A stretch of DNA of 42,758 nt from a bacterium. Its GTDB lineage: Bacteria; Patescibacteriota; Minisyncoccia; Phycocordibacterales; Phycocordibacteraceae. The stretch lies in NCBI GenBank assembly GCA_021817705.1, contig JAKAGB010000002.1:1-42758 (forward strand), written 5' to 3'. The stretch's first letter is position 1; each line of letters starts with the position of its first letter. The notes below the pieces were generated by a model. The model saw only the letters and a program-made list of their open reading frames with translations. It was not told the DNA's origin and did not search any database. The position numbers and the translations under genes were made by a program. Below, one piece after another: positions 8,795 to 19,568 of this stretch.

Positions 8795-9898
8795 TTATAG
8801 CCCCTCCGCGTTCAAGTCCTCTATCGCCTTCTTCGCTTTGCCAGAAAGCTTCTGCGGGAGCGCCACCTCGAGCCGGATGATAAGGTCGCCCCGGTCGCGT
8901 CCCACCGGCACGCCGTTCCCGCGCACGCGCAAGAGTTCTTCGGCCTTCTTCATCTGCGGCACTTTCACTTCGAGCGTCTTCCCTTCGAGGGTAGCGATGG
9001 AGACCGTCGTGCCGAGGAGCGCATCGGTGAGCTTCACCGGCAAGTCCATCACGAGGCTCGAGCCTTCGCGCCGGAACTGCGCGTGCGGCTTCACATGGAC
9101 CTTCACATACAGGTCGCCCGAGGTGCCGCCCGCGACCGCCTCGCCCTGCTGCGGCAAGCGGATCATCTCGCCATTCTCGATGCCTGCGGGCACGGTTATC
9201 TTTATCTCTTCCTGCTTGCGGCGCACGCCGTGGCCTTTGCACTCGGGGCACTTCTCTTTTGGAATCTTTCCGGTGCCATGGCACGCTTCGCACGGGCGCA
9301 CGCTCGTGAACTGGCCGAGTATCGAATTGCGAATCTCGTGCACCTGGCCGCTGCCGTTACAAGTCTTGCAGGTTTCGAGCTCGGTTCCTGGCTTTGCGCC
9401 GCTACCCTTGCAGAGGTCGCAGGTGGAAACCTTTGCGAGAAGCACGGTGCGTTCAGTGCCGAAGATGGCGTCCTTGAACGGAATCTCGAGATCGATGGAA
9501 ATGTCGCGGCCGCGCGGTTTCTGTGCACGCCCGCCGCGGCCGCCGAACAGGTCGCCGAAGATATCACCGAAATCAAACTCGACATTCTGACCGCCAAATC
9601 CGCCTTGCTGGAATTGCGAAAAATCGAATCCGCCGAACGGGTTGCCGCCCATGCCCGCGCCGGCGGAGCCGGCGCGGGGCCCTCCCCCCGGAAACGCCTG
9701 CCCATACGCATCGTATTCGCGGCGTTTCTTTTCGTCGCCGAGCACCGCGTACGCTTCCGAAACCTCTTTGAATTTTGCCTCGTCGCCCCCCGACTTGTCG
9801 GGGTGGTATTTATGCGCGAGTTTTCGGAATGCCTTCTTGATGTCGTCCTGGCTCGCCTTCTTATCTACGCCGAGCGTTTGGTAATAGTCTTTCGCCAT
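8795..9898 (-). CDS. dnaJ: Chaperone DnaJ
   Basis: J-domain with HPD, G/F-rich region, four CxxCxGxG repeats. Confidence 0.98.
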   Translation of the reverse strand: MAKDYYQTLGVDKKASQDDIKKAFRKLAHKYHPDKSGGDEAKFKEVSEAYAVLGDEKKRREYDAYGQAFPGGGPRAGSAGAGMGGNPFGGFDFSQFQQGGFGGQNVEFDFGDIFGDLFGGRGGRAQKPRGRDISIDLEIPFKDAIFGTERTVLLAKVSTCDLCKGSGAKPGTELETCKTCNGSGQVHEIRNSILGQFTSVRPCEACHGTGKIPKEKCPECKGHGVRRKQEEIKITVPAGIENGEMIRLPQQGEAVAGGTSGDLYVKVHVKPHAQFRREGSSLVMDLPVKLTDALLGTTVSIATLEGKTLEVKVPQMKKAEELLRVRGNGVPVGRDRGDLIIRLEVALPQKLSGKAKKAIEDLNAEGL

Positions 9899-9904
9899 CG
9901 TGAG

Positions 9905-11794
<1,890 letters not shown>

Positions 11795-11845
11795 AGTCAA
11801 ATAGGTTACTGAGTCAATTTTACGTAAACCGGATTTCCAGCGCAA

Positions 11846-12367
11846 CTAGTTCGCATACACGCGCACTTTTGCGGGGCGGACGACCGCATTGCCTATCTTC
11901 CAGCCCTGCTCAAGCACCGCAGAAACCGTGTCGTCCTGCTCAGCCGATTCTGCCGCATCCTGGCCGAGTGCTTCGTGGAGCGCAGGGTCGAACGCCTCGC
12001 CTGCGGCACCGAACGCTTCAAGGCCGAGCGAACTGAAACCGCTTTCGAGCTGCTTCACGATGCCGGCGAAGCCCTCGGGAATGTCGCCGTGGGCTTTGGC
12101 GCGCTCGAGGGCATCAAAAGCCGGCAGCAAGGCTTCTGCCGCTTTTACTACGCCCCGCCCGCGCTCGGCTTTCTTTTCTTCGTCGAAGCGCTTCAGAGAG
12201 TTCACGTAGTCGGCCTTTGCGCGTTGCCAGCCGTCCATGTACTCCTGCCGCTCCTTCTGGCATGCCTCAAGCTCGGCCTTCAGTTTTGCCACACGCTTTT
12301 CCGCGTCGCCGCCTTTCGGCGGCTCGTTGTTTTCTGCCTCGAACTCTACGTCGTCGTGCTCCTGCAT
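11846..12367 (-). CDS. grpE: Nucleotide exchange factor GrpE
   Basis: RAKADYVN, FDPALHEA, QGW...VVRPAKVRV; directly upstream of dnaK. Confidence 0.96.
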   Translation of the reverse strand: MQEHDDVEFEAENNEPPKGGDAEKRVAKLKAELEACQKERQEYMDGWQRAKADYVNSLKRFDEEKKAERGRGVVKAAEALLPAFDALERAKAHGDIPEGFAGIVKQLESGFSSLGLEAFGAAGEAFDPALHEALGQDAAESAEQDDTVSAVLEQGWKIGNAVVRPAKVRVYAN

Positions 12368-12392
12368 GTGCTTAGTATGCCAAAATGGAGCC

Positions 12393-12428
12393 AAAAAGAA
12401 AACGCGCCCGCCCTTTTGGGCGAGCGCG
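12393..12428 (-). terminator. Intrinsic terminator of the 12441-13094 gene
   Basis: 11-bp GC stem with one wobble, followed by TTTTCTTTTT on the minus strand. Confidence 0.75.
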
Positions 12429-12440
12429 GTTGCGCAGCGA

Positions 12441-13094
12441 CTAGTCGCTGCGCGGAATGAGGCCTTGGCGACGATTCAGTGGCCCGCCGCGCCGTCGAGG
12501 TTTTTTCAGCTTGCGTACGGGTGGGTCAGATTCCGGAAGGATGTCTGGATGGGTGAAGAACACATCCGTGTCCAGTTTCTCGCGCGGTTTCTGCTCCTCC
12601 TTGTAGACCGGCGGCGCAATGAGCGCCGAATCGCCAGCGGCGAGCCGCTCTGCGATACGACCGAAGAGATTCACCAAGCCCTCCCGGCCGTGGGTCATAG
12701 AGAAGGTGACCAGCGTCATTTCGCCCTCGAGGTGGCGCACCTGCGCATCTATTAGCTCGGCAACATAGTTCGTTACATTCTCGAGCTTCATGTCACGGAG
12801 GCGCGGCAGATCGCTTGCCCGCAGAACCGTTCGGGTCGCGCGGTACACATGACCAAGCTCCGAGAAACGGACAGCTTTTGCGGACCACACGCTGACGCCC
12901 TTCCCCGCTGCGTCGACGCAGAGGTCGCTGAAGCAGTACGACGCCGCGTCCATGAGACGCCTTTGCGTCTCGAGGACGATCTCGCGCAATAGCTCGGCGC
13001 CGATGCGCTTCGTGTTTAACGGTTGCCGAACGGGCATACCGATGAGCGCAAGGATCTTCTCACGACGGGCTTCGGCTGACAGTACTTTATGCAT
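12441..13094 (-). CDS. Hypothetical protein (217 aa, basic C-terminal tail), solitary cassette between rpsI and grpE
   Basis: AAGGGAG SD, own promoter and terminator. Confidence 0.7.
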   Translation of the reverse strand: MHKVLSAEARREKILALIGMPVRQPLNTKRIGAELLREIVLETQRRLMDAASYCFSDLCVDAAGKGVSVWSAKAVRFSELGHVYRATRTVLRASDLPRLRDMKLENVTNYVAELIDAQVRHLEGEMTLVTFSMTHGREGLVNLFGRIAERLAAGDSALIAPPVYKEEQKPREKLDTDVFFTHPDILPESDPPVRKLKKPRRRGGPLNRRQGLIPRSD

Positions 13095-13121
13095 GGAACA
13101 TCTCCCTTGGTTTCCGAAAGA

Positions 13122-13150
13122 AATCTAACTCCTGAGCAGCGATTTGTCAA
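13122..13150 (-). promoter_or_regulatory. Sigma70-type promoter TTGACA-17-TAGATT
   Basis: Direct reading, abutting the rpsI terminator. Confidence 0.7.
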
Positions 13151-13183
13151 GAAAAACGGAAACCGCCCTCGCGGGCGGTTTCA
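13151..13183 (-). terminator. Terminator of the ribosomal protein/rpoA operon
   Basis: GAAACCGCCC-GCGA-GGGCGGTTTC hairpin then TTTTT after the rpsI stop. Confidence 0.75.
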
Positions 13184-13189
13184 AGTCGA

Positions 13190-13585
13190 CTAGCGCTTCG
13201 ACCACTGCTTGCGCTTGCGAGCCTTAACCAAGCCCGGCTTCTTGCGTTCCTTCGCGCGCGGGTCGCGGGTGAGGAAGCCGGCGGCTTTGAGTGCCGGGCG
13301 TGTCTTCGGGTCGGCTGCAACCAGGGCGCGCGCGAGCGCGTGGCGCACGGCGCCGGCCTGTGCGGCGATGCCGCCGCCAGAAACCTGCGCGCTGGCCGCG
13401 TACTCGTTCGCGGCTTCGACTGCTGCGAACGCCGAAAGCGCGAGGCGTGCGCGCTCTTCAGTCTTGAAATAGGTCTTCGGGCTCTTGCCGTTAATAGTGA
13501 GCGCGTTCTTTTCGGCAGGCAAGAGACGCACGCTCGCGATAGCGGTCTTACGACGGCCTACAGAATGGATTGCGGCTTTGTTCAT
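13190..13585 (-). CDS. rpsI: 30S ribosomal protein S9
   Basis: GRRKTAIASVRL, GGGIAAQAGAVRH, LTRDPRAKERKKPG, QWSKR. Confidence 0.98.
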   Translation of the reverse strand: MNKAAIHSVGRRKTAIASVRLLPAEKNALTINGKSPKTYFKTEERARLALSAFAAVEAANEYAASAQVSGGGIAAQAGAVRHALARALVAADPKTRPALKAAGFLTRDPRAKERKKPGLVKARKRKQWSKR

Positions 13586-13935
13586 GCGGAAACGGTTAGG
13601 TTCTTCATGCGGGGCTTCCTGAGCTTGTTGCGCGGAATCATGCCGTCAACCGTCTTCTTCACCACCTCTTCGATGCCTTTCTTGGCAATCATTTCGTCCA
13701 TGCGGGTTTCGTAGAGGCCGCCCGGATAACCGCTGTAGCGGGTGTACACCTTGCCCTTCACGCGGCGCTCCGGCAGGTGGAGCTTCGACGCGTTCACGAT
13801 GGCGACCTTCGTGGGGTGCACGAGGTTCTTCGCGAACGAGGTCGAGCGCTTGCCGAGGAGCGCGTGCGCGGCTTCGCTTGCCACACGGCCGAGCGTGCGG
13901 TCCGTTGCGTCGATGGTGTAGGTGGTGGGCTGCAT
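13582..13935 (-). CDS. rplM: 50S ribosomal protein L13 (short)
   Basis: IDATDRTLGRVAS, YSGYPGG, GMIPRNKL; overlaps the rpsI start. Confidence 0.95.
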   Translation of the reverse strand: MQPTTYTIDATDRTLGRVASEAAHALLGKRSTSFAKNLVHPTKVAIVNASKLHLPERRVKGKVYTRYSGYPGGLYETRMDEMIAKKGIEEVVKKTVDGMIPRNKLRKPRMKNLTVSA

Positions 13936-13948
13936 AGAGGCTTTCATA

Positions 13949-14302
13949 CTAGACGAAGGCGATATACGCAAGCTTGCGCGCATCGGAAGCGCCACGCTTC
14001 GTGCGCTTCACGATGCGCGTGTAGCCGCCTGCGCGCTTCGCGTAGCGCGGCGCGATGGTCTTGAAGAGCTTCGCGACGGCTTCGTCGTCCCCGAGGCGCG
14101 CCGAAGCGAGGCGGCGGGTTGCCACCGTGCCCTTCTTACCATAGGTGACGAGCCGCTCCACGAACGGGCGCAGCTCCTTGGCTTTTGCCTCGGTCGTGGA
14201 AATGCGCTCGTGCAAGACGAGGGAGCGCGCCAAAGAGCGCAGGAGCGCACGCCGCTGACTCTGACGGCGATTGAACGAACGGGGCTGTGCGCGCTGGCTC
14301 AT
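13949..14302 (-). CDS. rplQ: 50S ribosomal protein L17
   Basis: HERISTTEAKAKELRP, RAGGYTRIVK. Confidence 0.97.
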   Translation of the reverse strand: MSQRAQPRSFNRRQSQRRALLRSLARSLVLHERISTTEAKAKELRPFVERLVTYGKKGTVATRRLASARLGDDEAVAKLFKTIAPRYAKRAGGYTRIVKRTKRGASDARKLAYIAFV

Positions 14303-14320
14303 AGTGATGCTGGTTACTGG

Positions 14321-15259
14321 TTACTCGCCCTTTAGCGTGAGGCCGTGGCGCGCGAGCGCGACGCCGATCTCTTCGATGGCCTTGTCGCCGATGCCATCGA
14401 GCTCCTTGAGCTGCGAAGCAGACTTGCGCGCAAGACCCGCGGCGCTCTTAATGCCGGCGTCTTCGAGCGCAGCGGCGACGCGCGTCGAGAGCTCGAGGTC
14501 GGCGATCTTCACCTTCGCGGCGTCGGCGGTCGGCGTCGGACCTTCGTCGGAAGCCGATTCCTCCGGCGTGGACTCCTGGAAGCCGATGACGGCCTTCAGC
14601 TGGTGAATCATGATTTCGATGGAGCGTTCGAGCGCTTCGCGCGGCGCGATAGTGCCGTTCGTCTCGATGAGGATGCGGAGGCGGTTGAAGTCGGTGCGAT
14701 CGCCCACGCGCATGTTCTCCACTTCGTAGTTCACGCGGCGGATAGGCGTGAACGTGGCATCGAGCGCGATCGTCCCGATGTCGACTTTCTCTTTCGTGAG
14801 CGCTTCGCGCGGCACGTAGCCGAGGCCGCGCTCAATGGTTGCTTCGAGTTCAAAAGACACTTTGCCCGCGAGGTCGGCAATGACCTGTTCCGGGTTTGCA
14901 ACTTCCACCTGGCTCGGGAGCTTGAAATCGCCCGCGGTCAAAGTCTTCGGGCCTTTTGCAGAAAGCGCGATAGTCTGCGGCTCGTCGCCATGGAGCACGA
15001 AGTGTACGCGCTTCAGGTTCAAAAGGATTTCCATGACGCTCTCGCGCACGCCTTCAAGTGTGGCGAATTCGTGCGGCACGCCGTCAATCTTCACCTGCGT
15101 GATGGCTGCGCCCGGCAAGGACGACAGGATGATGCGGCGAAGCGAGTTGCCAAGCGTGTGGCCGTAGCCCGGGTACAGGGCGTCAATCTCGTAGGTGCCG
15201 GAAAGTCCCTCTTCGGAAACAATGCGCGGCTTCGAAGGCAAAGTGATCTGGTGTTCCAT
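14321..15259 (-). CDS. rpoA: RNA polymerase subunit alpha
   Basis: GYGHTLGNSLRRIILSSLPG, RVNYEVENMRVG, alpha-CTD. Confidence 0.98.
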   Translation of the reverse strand: MEHQITLPSKPRIVSEEGLSGTYEIDALYPGYGHTLGNSLRRIILSSLPGAAITQVKIDGVPHEFATLEGVRESVMEILLNLKRVHFVLHGDEPQTIALSAKGPKTLTAGDFKLPSQVEVANPEQVIADLAGKVSFELEATIERGLGYVPREALTKEKVDIGTIALDATFTPIRRVNYEVENMRVGDRTDFNRLRILIETNGTIAPREALERSIEIMIHQLKAVIGFQESTPEESASDEGPTPTADAAKVKIADLELSTRVAAALEDAGIKSAAGLARKSASQLKELDGIGDKAIEEIGVALARHGLTLKGE

Positions 15260-15318
15260 AACTCAATCGTTGTAACCGGATAAGTGAAATAAATCCTACA
15301 ATAGAAACGTTTTTTGCG

Positions 15319-15930
15319 CTAGCGGGTGTAGAACGAGAGCACCGCTGCGAGATCGCCGGCCGGAGCCGCCGAGGCCTGCGTCGGGCGTTCCGTTACGGCG
15401 CCTTCCATGCTCTTCGGGTTCCAGGAAAGCCAGCTCGGGAGGGGGCGCTCCATGAAGCGCTCGTTGTAGCCCACGAGCCCGCCATGCGCCTTCGAGCCGT
15501 CGCGCACCGCGAGGCGGTCGGTAAGCGTAACCGGGTAGCTCGGCACGCGGACCTTCTTGCCGTTTACCGTCAGGTGTCCGTGCGCGATCAGCTGGCGCGC
15601 GGCGCGGCGCGACGGCGCGAGGCCGAGGCGGTATGCGACATTGTCGAGACGCATCTCGAGGAGTTCATGGAGGCGCGCGACCGGTTCCCCTGCGCCATGC
15701 GCGAGCGCGCGGTGCACGTAGGTGCGGAACTGCTTCTCAGAAATGCCGTAGGTCATGCGCACCTTCTGCTTCTCGAGGATCTGCTTCGCGTATTCGCTGC
15801 GTCCGCCACGGCGGCCGCGACGCGAACGCTCGGCGCGCTCGGCAGCGATAGCGAACTTCTGGCTCTGCGTCTTCTCGAAGACGGAAGGGCCGAGGCGCTT
15901 GGCAATCTTGTATTTAGGTCCGGTACGCAT
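15319..15930 (-). CDS. rpsD: 30S ribosomal protein S4
   Basis: LEKQKVRMTYG, LEMRLDNVAYRLG, ARQLIAHGH. Confidence 0.98.
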   Translation of the reverse strand: MRTGPKYKIAKRLGPSVFEKTQSQKFAIAAERAERSRRGRRGGRSEYAKQILEKQKVRMTYGISEKQFRTYVHRALAHGAGEPVARLHELLEMRLDNVAYRLGLAPSRRAARQLIAHGHLTVNGKKVRVPSYPVTLTDRLAVRDGSKAHGGLVGYNERFMERPLPSWLSWNPKSMEGAVTERPTQASAAPAGDLAAVLSFYTR

Positions 15931-15943
15931 AGTTCTCTAAAGG

Positions 15944-16378
15944 TTAGACGCGGCGAGCGCGCGGCGGACGCGGGCCGTTATGCGGCACCGGGGTCGCGTC
16001 TTTGATAGCAAGTATCTGAATGCCCTTGCCGGCGAATGCGCGGAGCGCAGCTTCGCGGCCGGCGCCGACGCCGCGGATGACCACCGACGCCTCCTTGAGG
16101 CCGATCATGGTACCCTTTTCGCCGACGAGCTCGCCCACCTTGCCGGCCGCATACGGGGTCGACTTGCGCGCGCCAGAGAAGCCCAAGGCGCCCGCAGATG
16201 ACGAGATGACCGCGTTGCCCTTCTCGTCCGTCAAGACCGCCTTCGTGTTGTTGAAGGTGGCTTCGATGTGGAGCACGCCCTTTTCGAGGTGGCGCTTCGT
16301 GGTCTTCGCGAGCGCGCGTTCCTTGCGCCCCTGGTCGAGGCCTTTGCCGCGCTTCTTGATGATGCGTTTCTTTCCCAT
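15944..16378 (-). CDS. rpsK: 30S ribosomal protein S11
   Basis: ATFNNT, RKSTPYAA, DATPVPHNGPRPP. Confidence 0.98.
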   Translation of the reverse strand: MGKKRIIKKRGKGLDQGRKERALAKTTKRHLEKGVLHIEATFNNTKAVLTDEKGNAVISSSAGALGFSGARKSTPYAAGKVGELVGEKGTMIGLKEASVVIRGVGAGREAALRAFAGKGIQILAIKDATPVPHNGPRPPRARRV

Positions 16379-16400
16379 AGGTAAAAGTGATTAGCGCGGA

Positions 16401-16781
16401 TTACGTCTTTTCAAGCGTACGGCGACCGGAGGTCATCGTCTTGCGCACGTTGCCGCGACGGGTGCGGGAGTTGGTCTTCGTGCGCTGATTGCGCACCGGG
16501 AGGCCGCGCTCGTGGCGAAGGCCGCGCGCGGCGCGGATGTCCTTCAAGCGCTTTATATTCTGGCCGATCTCGCGGCGCAGGTCGCCTTCGATGGTGAAGG
16601 CCTCGGCGAGCGAGCGGATCCTCTGCTCTTCGTCGGCGGTAAGCTCGCTCGCCTTCTTCTCGAAGGGAACGCCGGCTTCGGTGAGGATTTCGCGTGCACG
16701 GGTGGGGCCGATGCCGAAGATCTGCGGCAATGAGTACGCGAGCTGCTTGGTATCGGAAATGGTGACGCCGGAAATACGCAT
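16401..16781 (-). CDS. rpsM: 30S ribosomal protein S13
   Basis: RISGV, IFGIG, EGDLRR, GLPVRNQRTKTNSRTR. Confidence 0.98.
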   Translation of the reverse strand: MRISGVTISDTKQLAYSLPQIFGIGPTRAREILTEAGVPFEKKASELTADEEQRIRSLAEAFTIEGDLRREIGQNIKRLKDIRAARGLRHERGLPVRNQRTKTNSRTRRGNVRKTMTSGRRTLEKT

Positions 16782-16782
16782 A

Positions 16783-16899
16783 TTAGCCTTGGCGCGCTTT
16801 GCGGCGCGGCTTGCTCTTATTGATACGGTAAAGCCGCCCTTTGCGGCGGACGATGATATCTCCCGGCTGCTGTACTTTGATAGACGCCCGTACTTTCAT
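16783..16899 (-). CDS. rpmJ: 50S ribosomal protein L36, Cys-free form (not in ORF track)
   Basis: Manual translation [38 protein letters not shown]; canonical position between infA and rpsM. Confidence 0.95.
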   Translation of the reverse strand: MKVRASIKVQQPGDIIVRRKGRLYRINKSKPRRKARQG

Positions 16900-16917
16900 C
16901 TGCCGTACCGTTTATTG

Positions 16918-17145
16918 CTAAGTAAGTCTTCGCACGATGCGCGCCCGGCCACCGTAGGGGTCGAGCACCATATCGACGCGATCGCCCATGAGGACGCGGA
17001 TACGATGCAAGCGCATCTTTCCTGCGAGATACGCGAGCACGAGCTCGCCCTCGCCGTCCTCTCCCACCCGTACGCGGAAAAGCGAATTCGGCAATACTTC
17101 TTCGACGACGCCAATCGCCGTGTTTGCCTCTGCGCTTTCGGTCAT
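16918..17145 (-). CDS. infA: Translation initiation factor IF-1
   Basis: GVVEEVLPNSLFRV, LAGKMRLHRIRVLMGDRV. Confidence 0.97.
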   Translation of the reverse strand: MTESAEANTAIGVVEEVLPNSLFRVRVGEDGEGELVLAYLAGKMRLHRIRVLMGDRVDMVLDPYGGRARIVRRLT

Positions 17146-17186
17146 GCGGATGCGTTAAACGTAGCAAATAGCCCGCAGGTCGTCAA

Positions 17187-18416
17187 CTACTGTCCGGCCG
17201 GGGCAAGGACCGTGACCGTTATCGAGGCCGGATCCTGGGGGAAAGTGGAACGCCAGAACGGGCGGAGGATGAGCACCGCCTGCTTCACCTCGGGGAAGTT
17301 CGAAAGCGCCACCTGGGCGGCCGTACGGGTCTTCCCTGCCACCGCGGAGGCTATGTGGTCGGGCACGACCGTGTAGACCAGGTTCGCAGTGCCAGCGACG
17401 GAGAACGAGAAGCTCTGCGTCGAGGCATCCGGGAGGCCCGTAGCCGGCGTGAGCATGAGACCGTTCGCGTTCTCGAGCGTGATGGGTTCGCCCTGATAGC
17501 CGAGACCCGGGACGCTTCCCGCGAGTGCCTTCGCGAGCGCTGCGTTCGGGAAGACGACTGCGGTCGCGGTCGCCTGCTCCTTCACGTCGACCATACCCGT
17601 GGTGGAGGAAGGCGAAGGCGTGAGCTCCGCGTAGGTGGTGGTGGCAGAACCAGGCACGAGGATGTAGCCCGGCGGCACCTGTGCCGAAAGCGCCGTCGCG
17701 ATGTCGGTCACGAGCGCCTGCTTCATGGCGGCCACCGCCTGAGACTCGGTCGCGCTGTCTACCACCGGTACAGTGCCGGAGGCGCCGCCGGTGAATGACG
17801 TACTCGAGCGGGCCGAGATTTCGGTGCCGAGCTTCGTGCCAGCGAGGCCGGGGAGCGTGAATGTGGAAGGTGCGACGTTATAGGAAGCGCCTGGCTGGTC
17901 GGCGTAGACAGTAACCGAAGCGCTGCCCGGTTTCGCACTCGTACCCGAAGGAACGGACAGTGTCGTGTGCGAGCGGAAGATGAGCCCCGACGCCGTGGCA
18001 AAGCGAGTGTTCTTCACGAAGTGCTGTGCCGTGCCGCTCGTGTTGTAGACCGTGAGGGTGCCGGAAGCCGAAGAATTCACGGTCTTCGTGCCGCTGCCCG
18101 TGACGCTCTGCGTCGCAATCTTACTCGTGGAGACGATGACGAACGGGAGGTCGCCCGTGCCCTGCGTGGCACTGAGCGATGCTTGCACCGCCGCCGAAAC
18201 CGAGGTGGGGGTCACCTCTACCTTCGCACCCGAGAAGTAAAAGAGCGCGCCGATGGCGGCGACGAGGATGATGGCGGCAAGGACGACGGTGGTCGTCGGG
18301 AATCGCGGCGCGCGCGGCTTCAAGCGCAAAGGCGCGGAGGTGCCGGCGTCTGCTGGCATGTCCACCGAAGGGCGCGGGCGCTTCGAGGGCGGGACGATAT
18401 CTTCGAGGGTTCTCAT
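17187..18416 (-). CDS. Membrane-anchored Ser/Thr-rich protein, baseplate J/gp47-like domain (tentative)
   Basis: N-terminal TM; ASGTLTVYN, TRFATASGLIF, VYADQPGASYN and FTGG segments recall baseplate-J-like beta domains. Confidence 0.6.
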   Translation of the reverse strand: MRTLEDIVPPSKRPRPSVDMPADAGTSAPLRLKPRAPRFPTTTVVLAAIILVAAIGALFYFSGAKVEVTPTSVSAAVQASLSATQGTGDLPFVIVSTSKIATQSVTGSGTKTVNSSASGTLTVYNTSGTAQHFVKNTRFATASGLIFRSHTTLSVPSGTSAKPGSASVTVYADQPGASYNVAPSTFTLPGLAGTKLGTEISARSSTSFTGGASGTVPVVDSATESQAVAAMKQALVTDIATALSAQVPPGYILVPGSATTTYAELTPSPSSTTGMVDVKEQATATAVVFPNAALAKALAGSVPGLGYQGEPITLENANGLMLTPATGLPDASTQSFSFSVAGTANLVYTVVPDHIASAVAGKTRTAAQVALSNFPEVKQAVLILRPFWRSTFPQDPASITVTVLAPAGQ

Positions 18417-18471
18417 GCAGGCAGTATAGCGCGCGACGCGCAGCATGCTACCGCTCGTTGGGCATAACGGC

Positions 18472-19509
18472 TTATCCGGCGCGATGCGCCCAGGCCACGG
18501 TCATAAGGCCGAGCAAGAGGTCTGCGGAGGCGTCGAGCGGCCGCGCAAGAAACGCGTTCAGATGTTCGGCAGAAAGCGGCAGGATGTGCGGCGGGTCCTC
18601 AGAAAGCCAGAGTTCGCGCATCGGTGCTCCGCCGAGCTTCGTAGTGAAGGTGCGCGCCTCTCCGCCCGAGGGCGCCAAGAGGAATACGAGCCGCGGCAGG
18701 GGGTACTTGCTCGCAAGGCGCTTCAGGTGTTCAGCAATCTCGCCGACCCAGGTATCGGTGCCCGGCGCGCCGTCGGGCGCGTCTTCTACTGCCGCGAGCA
18801 TACCGCGGCGGATGAGCGCGATAGATATTTCTGGACCAGCAGCATCCACGAGGAGCGCATCGTGTTCATGCGGGAATGCGGCTCGCACGCCCTGCGTACG
18901 CATGGATGCGCCGGCGATCAGTTCGGCCGACTCCCGGTGGTAGGCGGCGCGGAGCGTCGCGGTAATGGCGTCCGCTGCCGCCTGGGTGATGTGGGAGACG
19001 AGCACGGTCACGCGCGCCTGCGTAACTTGCCTTCCGTAGGGGCGCGCGGTCGGATAGCCGTTCAGCACCGTGCCGACGATGCTCTCGTCCGCGAGCACCT
19101 GCCCCGAGGGCGTCTTCCCTTCCCGGCGCAGCGCTTCGCTCACGATGCTGCGCGTGAAGGTGAAGGGGTGGAGTCGCTCGATGGTCTCGATGCGCAATTC
19201 GGTGGACTGCCACGGAGCATCGACCGAAACGAGGATGTCGTCGGGGTGGCCGTTGCCAGCTCGGCGCATAAGGAGCGGCGCGCCGTCCTTCTGGAGCGTG
19301 GCGCACAGGTGCTCGAGCGTGCGGGACATGGCCGCGAGCGGCGCTTCGCCCGAGTGTGGCGCGATGGCCATGCGGGTCGCATAGAGGATTTCGGGAAGAG
19401 CGTCCTCCGGCATGAGCGCGAGCGCGCCGCCCATGGTGACGGCGCCGATGTCGATGAGCACAGCCGAACGCGTACGCGTCTTCTCGAAGAGGCGCGAAAG
19501 GAATGCCAT
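18472..19509 (-). CDS. Degenerate FtsA/PilM-like actin-fold protein
   Basis: VLIDIGAVTMGGAL (phosphate-1-like), VLNGYPTARPYG, LLVDAAGPEISIALIRRG (phosphate-2-like). Confidence 0.6.
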   Translation of the reverse strand: MAFLSRLFEKTRTRSAVLIDIGAVTMGGALALMPEDALPEILYATRMAIAPHSGEAPLAAMSRTLEHLCATLQKDGAPLLMRRAGNGHPDDILVSVDAPWQSTELRIETIERLHPFTFTRSIVSEALRREGKTPSGQVLADESIVGTVLNGYPTARPYGRQVTQARVTVLVSHITQAAADAITATLRAAYHRESAELIAGASMRTQGVRAAFPHEHDALLVDAAGPEISIALIRRGMLAAVEDAPDGAPGTDTWVGEIAEHLKRLASKYPLPRLVFLLAPSGGEARTFTTKLGGAPMRELWLSEDPPHILPLSAEHLNAFLARPLDASADLLLGLMTVAWAHRAG

Positions 19510-19521
19510 GCAGATAGTATA

Positions 19522-19553
19522 ACGCGCGGACGCCCCTGCGGGGCGTCCGCGCG
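19522..19553. terminator. Hairpin downstream of alaS
   Basis: ACGCGCGGACGCCCC/GGGGCGTCCGCGCGT inverted repeat; short T tail. Confidence 0.5.
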
Positions 19554-19568
19554 TTGCTCGTCCGCATC

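Noticed and set aside
7164-9293. N-terminal extensions in the ORF track for the ABC exporter (to 7346), radical SAM (to 8199) and membrane protein (to 9293)
   Set aside because: They overlap neighbouring genes, terminators or promoters; downstream starts have better signals. The same trimming was applied to dnaK, grpE, ung, pepF and speD
12368-12440. CIRCE/HrcA operator upstream of grpE-dnaK-dnaJ
   Set aside because: No TTAGCACTC-N9-GAGTGCTAA match; the inverted repeat here is the upstream cassette's terminator
14309-14324. Short tandem CTGGTTA repeat between rpoA and rplQ
   Set aside because: Only two units; compatible with chance
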